Assembly: GCA_020444325.1 (NCBI GenBank)
Contig: JAHLLD010000002.1
Coordinates: 286,882 to 350,881 of the forward strand
Source: a bacterium
GTDB lineage: Bacteria; Bacteroidota; Ignavibacteria; SZUA-365
DNA: 64,000 bases
Direction of reading: 5' to 3'
Part shown: piece by piece, positions 1 to 8,352 of the stretch
Layout: the number at the start of each line of letters is the position of its first letter
How positions within the stretch are numbered: the first letter of the stretch is position 1
The notes under the pieces: model-generated
The model's input: only the letters and a program-made list of their open reading frames with translations
The model's database searches: none
Told to the model about the DNA's origin: nothing
Program-made: the position numbers and the translations under genes

Positions 1-265
1 GAAAACGGACGTAGCCGTTCTCATGATTGCGCAGCAGGGGAGCGGGATCGAAGGCCTTTTCGAGAAAGGACCGGCGTTCGAGCTCTGCGCTGACCAGCGC
101 ACATTGCTTCGCGCTCGACTGCGGGGTGAGCATGCAGTAGCAGAGTTCGTAAAACCAGCGGTGCTCGGGAACGGCACGGAATTCTTCGAGTCGAACACGG
201 ATATCTGCTCCATGCTCAGCGTATTCCTTCACCAGTTCTTCGTAAATATCGCTTTCCGCTCTCAT
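1..265 (-). CDS. ogg: 8-oxoguanine DNA glycosylase / N-glycosylase-DNA lyase (Ogg2-type), 5' part only; gene continues beyond the window start
   Basis: My own translation of the minus strand from an ATG at 265..263: MRAESDIYEELVKEYAEHGADIRVRLEEFRAVPEHRWFYELCYCMLTPQSSAKQCALVSAELERRSFLEKAFDPAPLLRNHENGYVRF. The ELCYCMLTPQSSA...ALV motif resembles Ogg2 / archaeal-type 8-oxoG glycosylases. The start lies 2 nt downstream of the mutY stop. Not in the ORF track because no stop falls inside the window. Confidence 0.55.
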   Translation of the reverse strand, partial: MRAESDIYEELVKEYAEHGADIRVRLEEFRAVPEHRWFYELCYCMLTPQSSAKQCALVSAELERRSFLEKAFDPAPLLRNHENGYVRF

Positions 266-267
266 GT

Positions 268-1275
268 CTAATCCGTCATGCAGATTTTCAAATCTTCGAG
301 TCCTTCCGCATATGCGCGCAGATCTGTCACCTGGCGTCTGCCCCTGCGTGCGCGAATCATGCCGTCCCGCTGCAGCGTCGCGAGAATATCCAGCAGCCTG
401 GGACGCAGATCCGCCTCGCGTGTTGCCCCTGCAGTACCGGCAGGAGTAGTTTCCCCGGCGAACGTCTTTTCCCCGAGTGTTGCGGCGGACATGCAGTGCC
501 CCTTCGCCTGTCTGAGCAGTTCGATAATGCGTCCCCGGTAAATGCGCCGCGGTGTCTCGCGCAGCACGTTGCGTTCGGCCGGAGCCTTTTCTTCGAGCTT
601 GCCGGAAGAGGGACACTGCGTGGTGAGGGGACACTGGTCGCAGGAGGGAACGCGGGCTGTGCATATCGTGGCACCGAGATCCATGAGTGCCTGATTCCAG
701 TTGTAGTATGCGCGTTCGGGGAGGAGCAGGGCCGCTGTCTGCCATATGAGAGGCTCGGGCAGCATGTGGCTGCTGTTTCCCATGTTCTCACTCAGGCGTG
801 AAAGCACGCGCCGGATATTCACATCCACCACCGCATGCCGCTTTCTGAAGCCGAAGCAGGCGATGGCTGATGCCGTATAGCGTCCCACTCCCGGTAGTTT
901 CTGTAATTCCGCCGGATCCGAGGGCAGCGTCCCACCATACTCGTCGCGCACCATGCGTGCTGCCTCATGCAGATGCAATGCGCGGCGATTATAGCCCATT
1001 CCCGACCATGCAAGGAGTACCTGGCGCCGGGTCGCCGCTGCGAGTGCATTGATGTCTGGAAAGCGTCCCACCCATCGAGGAAAATGCTCGAGCACGCGCG
1101 CAACCTGCGTCTGCTGCAGCATGAATTCGCTTACGAGTACGTAGTAGGGATTGTCGATGTCTCGCCATGGCAGGGTGCGTGCATGACGAGTATACCAGCG
1201 GAGAAGACGTTCGCGCAGCTGTTTGCGCCTGTGGGCGGGGAAGGACCGGGATTGAACGTGGACTTGCGCCCTCAT
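268..1275 (-). CDS. mutY: A/G-specific adenine DNA glycosylase MutY
   Basis: 335 aa. HhH-GPD fold region (LPGVGRYTASAI). 4Fe-4S cluster loop C-x6-C-x2-C-x5-C (CTARVPSCDQCPLTTQC). MutY-like N-terminal YYVLVSEFMLQQTQV. Confidence 0.9.
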   Translation of the reverse strand: MRAQVHVQSRSFPAHRRKQLRERLLRWYTRHARTLPWRDIDNPYYVLVSEFMLQQTQVARVLEHFPRWVGRFPDINALAAATRRQVLLAWSGMGYNRRALHLHEAARMVRDEYGGTLPSDPAELQKLPGVGRYTASAIACFGFRKRHAVVDVNIRRVLSRLSENMGNSSHMLPEPLIWQTAALLLPERAYYNWNQALMDLGATICTARVPSCDQCPLTTQCPSSGKLEEKAPAERNVLRETPRRIYRGRIIELLRQAKGHCMSAATLGEKTFAGETTPAGTAGATREADLRPRLLDILATLQRDGMIRARRGRRQVTDLRAYAEGLEDLKICMTD

Positions 1276-1670
1276 TCGAGGTAAGGCAGAATCGGCAGTG
1301 ACCCTTCAAGCATCTCATAGGTGTGAATCTGTTCAAGTGTCACCCACTTGACATCCTCAAAGACCTTGTTCTGGATTGTACCGCTGTATTCTGTGACGAG
1401 GAAAAATGTGATCAGGAAATTCCCTCCATCCGGATACGTCGCCTGTATTGTGCGCAGTTCCTTGGCCTTCACCGGCTCGATATCGAGTTCCTCCCACAGC
1501 TCGCGCTCGAGGCATTCGCGCAGGGTTTCGCCCTGGATGAGCTTGCCGCCGGGGAATTCCCACTTGAGTCCGTAGCGATGGTTGATCCCACGCTGACAGA
1601 TGAGGAACGTCTCCCCGTCACGGATAACAGCGACAGCGACGCGTACGAGTTCTTCATGATCGTCAAACAT
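1272..1670 (-). CDS. NUDIX hydrolase, probable 8-oxo-dGTP diphosphatase (MutT-like)
   Basis: 132 aa. Canonical Nudix box GGKLIQGETLRECLERELWEELDI (GX5EX7REUXEEXGU). Its stop overlaps the mutY start by 4 nt, suggesting translational coupling. Confidence 0.75.
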   Translation of the reverse strand: MFDDHEELVRVAVAVIRDGETFLICQRGINHRYGLKWEFPGGKLIQGETLRECLERELWEELDIEPVKAKELRTIQATYPDGGNFLITFFLVTEYSGTIQNKVFEDVKWVTLEQIHTYEMLEGSLPILPYLE

Positions 1671-1953
1671 GGCAGCACCTGGAAAAAGTGTTGTAGATAG
1701 CGAGGTGAACCGGTGTCCCGAAGTTCACGACACCAACCGTTCCCTGTAGTCATGGCGGTGTGCGTGCAATATAAGAAATCTTTGTACAGAACAAAGGGAA
1801 GAAAACGGGCTCCCTCTCCGTTTTTTTTTCTCGAAACACCAGAAATAAACGGGGGAAATGTCCTTGATATCTTTCATCTTACTGCAGAAATTTCTATAAT
1901 CATCCTGATACCCTTAATCCACGTACCTACATTCCAAACAGAAGGAAGGACCA

Positions 1954-3231
1954 ATGCCGAAACTCCAGGAAAAACTGGCAGAAGTCTACGCTCCGAAACG
2001 CGATGAGATCAAGCAGCTCGTCAAGGAGCATGGCGACAAAGTCGTCTCTCAAGTAACTATCAAGCAGGTGTATGGCGGTATGCGCGGCGTAAAGGGCCTC
2101 GTCTGCGATACCTCCGTTGTTCCGCCGGACAAAGGACTTATTATTCGCGGTATCGAGCTGAAAGAGCTCACCGAGAAACTTCCCGAAGAAATTTTCTACC
2201 TCCTCCTCTCCGGATCGCTCCCGAATGACGAAGAGCTGGCTGATCTGCAGGCACAGCTGCGCGAGAAGCAGGACGTTCCCAGTTACGTTTGGGACGTGCT
2301 CAGCGCCATGCCGGCCGACTCGCATCCGATGGCCATGTTCAACACCGCCATTCTCGTCATGGAGAAGGAATCGGTGTTCCGTCAGCGCTATGACGAAGGC
2401 ATGAAGAAGGACGAGTACTGGATGGCAACGCTCGACGATGCCATTTCCATCGTCGCCAAGCTGCCGGCCATCGCCGCATGGATCTATCGCAAGCGTTTCG
2501 GCAAGGGCGAAGCCATCATGCCCGATCCGAAGCTCGACTGGGGCGCCAATTACGTGCACATGCTCGGACTCGGCGATCCCAACGGTGAATTCACCAAGTT
2601 CATGCGCCTCTACCTCGTTCTCCACAGCGACCACGAGGGTGGCAACGTCAGCGCGTTCTCGGCCGCGACGGTCAACAGCGCACTGTCCGATCTCTACTAT
2701 GCCATGTCGGCAGGACTCAACGGCCTCGCCGGTCCGCTGCATGGACTCGCGAACCAGGAATGCCTCAAGTGGATTCTCGACGTCAACAAGGAATTCGGCG
2801 GCGCACCGTCGAAAGAACAGCTCGAGAAGTTCGCGTGGGATACGCTCGATTCCGGAAAGGTGATTCCGGGTTACGGCCACGCCGTGCTGCGCATCACCGA
2901 CCCGCGCTTCGACGCCTTCCTCGCCTTCGGCAAGCAGTATTGCATGGATGATCCCGTGTTCCAGACCGTTTCCAACGTCTTTGACGTGGTCCCGGGTGTG
3001 CTGCGCCAGATCAAGAAGATCGCCGATCCCTGGCCAAACGTCGATGCCGGCTCCGGCGCCATGCTGTATCATTACGGACTCAAGGAGTTCTCCTACTACA
3101 CGGTGCTCTTCAGCGTCAGCCGCGCTCTGGGAATCGCATCCCAGGCAGTCGTCGCCCGCGCCTACGGACTCCCCATCACCCGTCCGAAATCCGTCCCCTC
3201 GTCATGGGTCAAGGATCAGATTAACAGTTAA
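1954..3231 (+). CDS. gltA: citrate synthase
   Basis: 425 aa. Strong similarity to type-I citrate synthases (GGMRG, LVLHSDHEGGNVSA, GYGHAVLR motifs). Full length. Confidence 0.92.
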   Translation: MPKLQEKLAEVYAPKRDEIKQLVKEHGDKVVSQVTIKQVYGGMRGVKGLVCDTSVVPPDKGLIIRGIELKELTEKLPEEIFYLLLSGSLPNDEELADLQAQLREKQDVPSYVWDVLSAMPADSHPMAMFNTAILVMEKESVFRQRYDEGMKKDEYWMATLDDAISIVAKLPAIAAWIYRKRFGKGEAIMPDPKLDWGANYVHMLGLGDPNGEFTKFMRLYLVLHSDHEGGNVSAFSAATVNSALSDLYYAMSAGLNGLAGPLHGLANQECLKWILDVNKEFGGAPSKEQLEKFAWDTLDSGKVIPGYGHAVLRITDPRFDAFLAFGKQYCMDDPVFQTVSNVFDVVPGVLRQIKKIADPWPNVDAGSGAMLYHYGLKEFSYYTVLFSVSRALGIASQAVVARAYGLPITRPKSVPSSWVKDQINS

Positions 3232-3260
3232 TCATGATCTGATAATCTGGCTGAATCTTT

Positions 3261-3500
3261 GGAAACCCTCGGTGTTACCGGGGGTTTCCTGCATACGGCA
3301 GATTGCAGATGACAAATTGCAGATGACAAATGGCAGATGACAAATTGCAGATGACAAATGGCAGATGGCAAATGACAAATGACCATCGTCCCCACGCAGA
3401 GCGTGTGGCCGATGAGCTAATCTGCCATCTGCGATCTGCCATCTGCAATTTGCAATTTGCAATCTGCAATCTGCAATCTGCAATCTGACATCTGCAATTT
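3261..3500. repeat. intergenic composite repeat: hairpin, direct 14-bp GCAGATGACAAA-type array, then an inverted heptamer (GCAATCT)n array
   Basis: Seen directly. A 13-bp-stem hairpin ggaaaccctcggt/accgggggtttcc at 3261-3289. About 5.5 tandem copies of [T/G]TGCAGATGACAAA at 3304-3381. A central spacer at 3383-3416, then about 12 tandem 7-mers of ATCTGC/CAATCTG at 3417-3500. The ATCTGC units are the reverse complement of the GCAGAT units on the left, giving a large imperfect palindrome. Confidence 0.85.
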
Positions 3501-3552
3501 ACCCCCCATTCCCGTATCTTTAGAATCCTGTTACAAGCACTAGGATCACACT

Positions 3553-4635
3553 ATGCAGATCGGACTCGTAGGACTCCCTTTCAGTGGGAAATCGACACTC
3601 TTTCAAACCATGACGCGGACGCATCTCGATGAGGCGACGCTGGCCAAGCAGCAGTCGCAGCATGCTATGGTGAAGGTGCCGGATGCGCGCGTGGATAAGC
3701 TGGCGGAATTCTTCAACCCGAAGAAGAAAGTCTATACCTCAATCGAATTCGTCGATGTGATCGGCCTCAAGAAGGGCGACCATTCTTCGACGCAGTTCAC
3801 CAGTTCTTTCCTCGGATCAGTGAAGACGAACGACGCCCTCATGCACGTGGTGCGCATGTTCGATGATCCGATGTATCCGCATCCCGAAGGTGGAGTGGAT
3901 GCGGCCCGCGATATCGAAATCCTCGAGACGGAATTCCTCCTCAGTGACATGGAAATGGTTGAGAACCGCGTCGAGAAGCTGCGCAAGCAGGTGCAGAAGG
4001 TGCAGGACGATAAGCTCAAACACGAACTTGTGGTGCTCGAACGCTTCAAGGAAGCACTCGACGAAGGAAAGCCGCTGCGCACGGTGGAGATCGACAAGCA
4101 GGATGCACAGCTGATAAAAGGTTTCCAGTTCCTCACGCAGAAACCGCTGCTCGTTGTCCTCAACATGGAAGAGGACAAGGTGGGAGAGACCGATGGTATC
4201 GTGAATGAGCTGCAGGAGCGCTTCAAGGACAGTGGTATCAGCGTGGATGCCTTCTTCGGCAAGATCGAGATGGAACTCGCACAGATGGAGGATGAGGACG
4301 CCGCCGAGTTCATGAAGGACTATGGCATCGAGGAATCGGCTCTGACGCGTATTATCCGCTCAGCCTATGAGATGCTCGGACTCATTTCCTTCCTCACTTT
4401 CGGCGAGGATGAATGCCGCGCGTGGAATGTTCGCGGCGGAAGCGTCGCTCCGGAAGCAGCGGGTGTCATCCACAGCGACCTGCAGGATCGCTTCATTCGT
4501 GCAGAAGTGGTCCACTTCGAGGATTTCGTCGAGTACGGGAGTATCTCGGCCTGCAAGGAGTCCGGGCACTGGCGGCTTGAAGGGAAGGAATACCTGGTGC
4601 AGGATGGGGATATGCTGACGATAAGACACGGGTGA
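3553..4635 (+). CDS. ychF: ribosome-binding ATPase YchF (Obg-family GTPase with TGS domain)
   Basis: 360 aa. P-loop GLPFSGKST; N-terminal MQIGLVGLPFSGKSTLFQTMT matches the YchF N-terminal region; length and C-terminal TGS-like end fit. Confidence 0.88.
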   Translation: MQIGLVGLPFSGKSTLFQTMTRTHLDEATLAKQQSQHAMVKVPDARVDKLAEFFNPKKKVYTSIEFVDVIGLKKGDHSSTQFTSSFLGSVKTNDALMHVVRMFDDPMYPHPEGGVDAARDIEILETEFLLSDMEMVENRVEKLRKQVQKVQDDKLKHELVVLERFKEALDEGKPLRTVEIDKQDAQLIKGFQFLTQKPLLVVLNMEEDKVGETDGIVNELQERFKDSGISVDAFFGKIEMELAQMEDEDAAEFMKDYGIEESALTRIIRSAYEMLGLISFLTFGEDECRAWNVRGGSVAPEAAGVIHSDLQDRFIRAEVVHFEDFVEYGSISACKESGHWRLEGKEYLVQDGDMLTIRHG

Positions 4636-4689
4636 TATCTCTTGATTGCACAAAGTCACGGAGACACCAAGTCACCAAGAGACTGTAAT

Positions 4690-4720
4690 AAAAAAACCGC
4701 CTGTGCTGGGCGGTTTTTTT
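4690..4720. terminator. bidirectional rho-independent terminator
   Basis: aaaaaaACCGCCtgtgctgGGCGGTttttttt. A perfect 6-bp GC stem with an A-run upstream and a T-run downstream. Lies between convergent ychF (+) and the VanZ-like gene (-). Confidence 0.8.
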
Positions 4721-4813
4721 ATCACAATCGGACCATTTACAGAAAAGGTATGGCACAATATACGTGCTGGGGTGACGCTAATCAATACCTGGTCTAAATA
4801 ATATTACGTTTTT

Positions 4814-5302
4814 TCAGGATTTTTCCGATGGAAGAGGAAGGCGGAGGAGTCGGGCGGAGAGGTGCAGGATGCGCATGCGGCCGGTGATGGCAATGAACAG
4901 GCAGGCGAGCGCGATGCCGATGGCATTTGCAAGAATGTCGTACGTGTCGGCGAGGCGCGATGTGAAGACGTCCTGGTAATATTCGCTGAGTGCGCCGAAA
5001 ATCAGGGTGATAATGGCGGCACGGAGCAGGAGCCCCCAACCGGGATTGGGCTGGACACCATTTTCAGTTTTGCTGCCGGCATTGTGTTGCCCGCCGCTCT
5101 CGGATGAACTTCCGGCTGCTCTGCGGTACGCAAATGCGATCCAGAGGAGCACGGTCTGCATGCCGAAGAGTCCGAAATGCGCGATTTTGTCGGGCTTCCA
5201 GAAATTGACTTCAGGGAAGGACGATCCGGGGAGGGACAACAGCACCATGATGAGAAGAAACCAGAGGGTGGCGGGAAGGACGGTACGCTGGCGATGGCTC
5301 AT
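4814..5302 (-). CDS. VanZ-like family membrane protein
   Basis: 162 aa, 4 predicted TM helices. PDKIAHFGLFG motif, typical of the VanZ family. Confidence 0.55.
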   Translation of the reverse strand: MSHRQRTVLPATLWFLLIMVLLSLPGSSFPEVNFWKPDKIAHFGLFGMQTVLLWIAFAYRRAAGSSSESGGQHNAGSKTENGVQPNPGWGLLLRAAIITLIFGALSEYYQDVFTSRLADTYDILANAIGIALACLFIAITGRMRILHLSARLLRLPLPSEKS

Positions 5303-6882
5303 CGCTGGGCGGCATCCGAGCCGTTGAGCAGATCGCGGATAATCTCGCCGTACGCGTGCATGATGTCCGTGGCAATCAGCCCGTACTCACCGACGATATC
5401 CCGTGCATGATCGCCCGCGAGTCCGTGCAGATACACGCCCAGGCATGCGGCCTGCTCCATGCTGGCACCCTGCGCCGCGAGTCCTGCGATGATGCCGGAA
5501 AGCACGTCACCAGATCCCGCCGTGGCCATGCCGGGATTGCCCGTAGAGTTGATGAAGGTCTTCCCATCCTTCGTGGCGACGACTGTCGGGGCTCCCTTGA
5601 GCACGAGGGTGACACCGAATTCCACGGCGAACGTCTGTGCGATGTCGATGCGCTTGCTCTCGATTTCTTCCTTGGACTGCACCACGAGACGCGCGAATTC
5701 CCCGACATGGGGTGTGAGGATGATGTCGTTCTGCGTCTGCTGCAGCAGCGGGAGATGCTCGCGCAGGGCGTACAGCGCGTCAGCGTCGAGCAGGAGGGGA
5801 CGCGAGGCGCGTTCGATGAGGCGGCGCACGAGATTCTGCGTCTCATACTGCCGGGAAATGCCCGGACCGAGGATACTGATGCTGGCGTCGTCACAGCGTT
5901 TGAGTATGGCATCGAAATCCTGCAGACTGAAGCTCCCGACACTGGTTTCCCCGAAGGGAATGGTCATGACTTCGGTCAGCTTGATTTCCAAGATGGAATT
6001 GAGGCTGGCTGGAACACCGAGATTGACGATGCCGGCACCGCTGCGCAGTGCCGCTTCCGATGCCATGGCGGCCGCACCGGTGAGCCCGGTTGACCCGGCA
6101 AGCACGAAGACATTTCCCAGCTGATACTTGTGCACATCGTGCCGGCGCCGCGGCAGCCATTTGCGCATGGCGTGCTCGGTGAGCTGGAAAGTTGAAGTCG
6201 CATGTTCGGTGTATCCCGCCTGCGCATTGCCGATATCAATATTGAACACCTCTCCGGCATACACGCGTCCCTCACGCAGCAGTAGTCCGCGCTTGAGTCC
6301 GCCCATGGTCGCCGTCGCGGCGCATTCGAGCGCAATGCCCAGTACTTCGCCGGTATCCGCATTGATGCCTGTGGGAATGTCCACCGCGAAGACGGGGATG
6401 TCGGACTGGTTGAGTACCTCAACGATCTCGGCGATTTCCCCCTTGATTGGCGAACTGATTCCGGTCCCGAGCATGGCGTCCACCACGAAGTCGGGCCGCC
6501 GGTCGATCGTGTCCTGCAGCGCAGCGCTGCCGCTCAGAAGCTGCACGCGCAGGAGATCCGTGTCTTTCTCCATCCGTCGGATGATCCGAAGGTTTGCTGC
6601 CGCGTCTCCCTGCGACGCTTCATCGGGTCCCAGCGTGTACACCAGCACGCGTGCCCGGCGATTGACCAGGTGCCGCGCCATGGCGAAACCATCCCCGCCG
6701 TTGTTGCCTTTGCCGCAGAGTATGACGACGAAGGCGCCCTCCATGTCGCCAAAAAATTCTTCGGCGGCATCGACGGCGCCCCGTGAGGCATTTTCCATGA
6801 GGACGATGCCGGGAATTCCGTATTCTTCGATCGCGGCCCTGTCACAGGCGCGCATCTCGTCAGATGTGTAGACAGGAAGCAT
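5299..6882 (-). CDS. nnr: bifunctional NAD(P)H-hydrate repair enzyme Nnr (epimerase + ADP-dependent dehydratase)
   Basis: 527 aa. N-terminal YjeF_N motif (GKGNNGGDGFAMARHL); C-terminal carbohydrate-kinase-like dehydratase domain (GPGISRQY...GSGDVLSGIIAG). Confidence 0.88.
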   Translation of the reverse strand: MLPVYTSDEMRACDRAAIEEYGIPGIVLMENASRGAVDAAEEFFGDMEGAFVVILCGKGNNGGDGFAMARHLVNRRARVLVYTLGPDEASQGDAAANLRIIRRMEKDTDLLRVQLLSGSAALQDTIDRRPDFVVDAMLGTGISSPIKGEIAEIVEVLNQSDIPVFAVDIPTGINADTGEVLGIALECAATATMGGLKRGLLLREGRVYAGEVFNIDIGNAQAGYTEHATSTFQLTEHAMRKWLPRRRHDVHKYQLGNVFVLAGSTGLTGAAAMASEAALRSGAGIVNLGVPASLNSILEIKLTEVMTIPFGETSVGSFSLQDFDAILKRCDDASISILGPGISRQYETQNLVRRLIERASRPLLLDADALYALREHLPLLQQTQNDIILTPHVGEFARLVVQSKEEIESKRIDIAQTFAVEFGVTLVLKGAPTVVATKDGKTFINSTGNPGMATAGSGDVLSGIIAGLAAQGASMEQAACLGVYLHGLAGDHARDIVGEYGLIATDIMHAYGEIIRDLLNGSDAAQR

Positions 6883-6888
6883 ATGCTT

Positions 6889-8313
6889 CTAGAATAAGCG
6901 GCCCATCCAGTCGAGTATCCACGACGGGAAAACGCCGATCAGCAGGATGCCGACGGCTGAAAGCGCGAGTGCAAAGGCACTGCTGCCGGAAAACACCGTC
7001 TGCTGGGGCTGTTCCTCTGTCTGGAAGAACATTACCACGACGACACGGAGATAGTAGTACACCGAAATCATACTGGTAATGACACCGATAATGGTGAGCC
7101 AGGTGTAACCGCCTTCGATTGCGGCGACGAAGATGTAGTATTTCCCGAAGAAGCCCGCGAGCGGGGGGAGTCCCACCAGCGAGAACATGAATACTGCCAT
7201 CATCACCGCGAGCGTGGGACGGCGGTAATAAAGTCCTTTGAAGTTGTCGATGGCCGTGCCGCCCTGCTCACTGTTCTCGATCACCGAGGCGATGCCAAAG
7301 GCGCCGATGTTGGTGAGTGTGTAGGAGATCAGGTAGAACAGCACGCCTGCCAGACTGATCTCACCACCGACCGTGAGTCCGATAAGCATGTAGCCCGCAT
7401 GCGCAATGCTCGAGTATGCCAGCATGCGTTTGATGTTGCTCTGTGCCAGCGCCACGAGGTTTCCAATCAGCATCGAAGCGACAGAGAGGACGGCAAACAC
7501 GGTGTTGATGCTGCTCTCGGTGAACTTGAAGGTTGATGTGAAGACAAGCAGCAGGGCCGTGAAGGCCGCGGCCTTTGCGCCGGTGGACATGAAGGCGGAG
7601 ACCATCGTGGGGGAGCCTTCGTACACGTCGGGCACCCACATGTGAAAGGGGACGGCGCCGACCTTGAAGGCGAAGCCGACAAGCAGCAGTCCGACCCCTG
7701 TCAGGAACAGGGGATCGGACTTGAGTGCCTGCAGATTCTGAGCGATTTCAAGAATGTTGGTCGTACCGGTGCTGCCGTAAATCAACGCGATGCCGTAGAG
7801 AAAGAAGCCGGTGGCGAAGGCGCCGAGAAGGAAGTATTTCAGCGCGGCTTCGTTGGCTTTGAGAACGCGACGGCTGAAGCCGGCGAGCACGTAGAGGCAG
7901 ACAGACATCAGCTCGAGGCCGATAAAGGTCACGACGAGGTCGGTTCCTGTGGCAAGCGCCATCATTCCGCCGACTGCAAGGAGAATGAGATGGAAAAATT
8001 CTCCGTACGCGACACCGATTTTCGCGATGTATTCCCGGGAGAGCATTATGGTGAGTCCCGCCGCCACAAGGAATATGATATTGACAAGACTGGCGTAGCC
8101 GCCTGTCATCACCATCCCGTCGAAGGCTGTTCCACGGTGCGGGAACGTCCACACGGCCAGCGCGATGTTGCCGAGAATGCCGATGAGCGACACCCAGTAC
8201 TCCGCTGTGTGCGAATCTTTCTTCAGCGCATTGATCATGATAACGATCAACGCGAGGAGAATCGTACCGGCGACCGGTGCGGTGTTCAGCGTATCAGTGA
8301 GCAGTTGTTCCAT
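6889..8313 (-). CDS. nuoN: NADH-quinone oxidoreductase subunit N
   Basis: 474 aa polytopic membrane protein with a NuoN/ND2-like profile (TDLVVTFIGLELMSV, HMWVPDVYEGSPT). Confidence 0.9.
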   Translation of the reverse strand: MEQLLTDTLNTAPVAGTILLALIVIMINALKKDSHTAEYWVSLIGILGNIALAVWTFPHRGTAFDGMVMTGGYASLVNIIFLVAAGLTIMLSREYIAKIGVAYGEFFHLILLAVGGMMALATGTDLVVTFIGLELMSVCLYVLAGFSRRVLKANEAALKYFLLGAFATGFFLYGIALIYGSTGTTNILEIAQNLQALKSDPLFLTGVGLLLVGFAFKVGAVPFHMWVPDVYEGSPTMVSAFMSTGAKAAAFTALLLVFTSTFKFTESSINTVFAVLSVASMLIGNLVALAQSNIKRMLAYSSIAHAGYMLIGLTVGGEISLAGVLFYLISYTLTNIGAFGIASVIENSEQGGTAIDNFKGLYYRRPTLAVMMAVFMFSLVGLPPLAGFFGKYYIFVAAIEGGYTWLTIIGVITSMISVYYYLRVVVVMFFQTEEQPQQTVFSGSSAFALALSAVGILLIGVFPSWILDWMGRLF

Positions 8314-8352
8314 CGTGTATGCCTGAAATCGCAGTGTAAGGAAAAATCCTGG

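Noticed and set aside
23-271. 82-aa plus-strand ORF at the window start
   Set aside because: It lies antisense to a much better minus-strand reading frame that encodes an Ogg-like glycosylase N-terminus following mutY. No recognisable motifs.
1927-3072. 381-aa minus-strand ORF
   Set aside because: Fully antisense to the highly conserved citrate synthase gene. Typical GC-rich antisense artefact.
3232-3483. ORFs translating as MQIADCRLQIANCRWQIADG... (also 3275..3469; 35430..35681; 35468..35704; 35736..35978)
   Set aside because: These are in silico translations of the heptamer microsatellite arrays (GCAGAT repeats give QIAD/CRLQ peptides). They are not genes.
3298-3500. Possible CRISPR array
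   Set aside because: Units are 7-14 bp with no unique spacers, the two halves are inverted relative to each other, and there are no cas genes nearby. It is a microsatellite-type or iteron-type repeat, not CRISPR.
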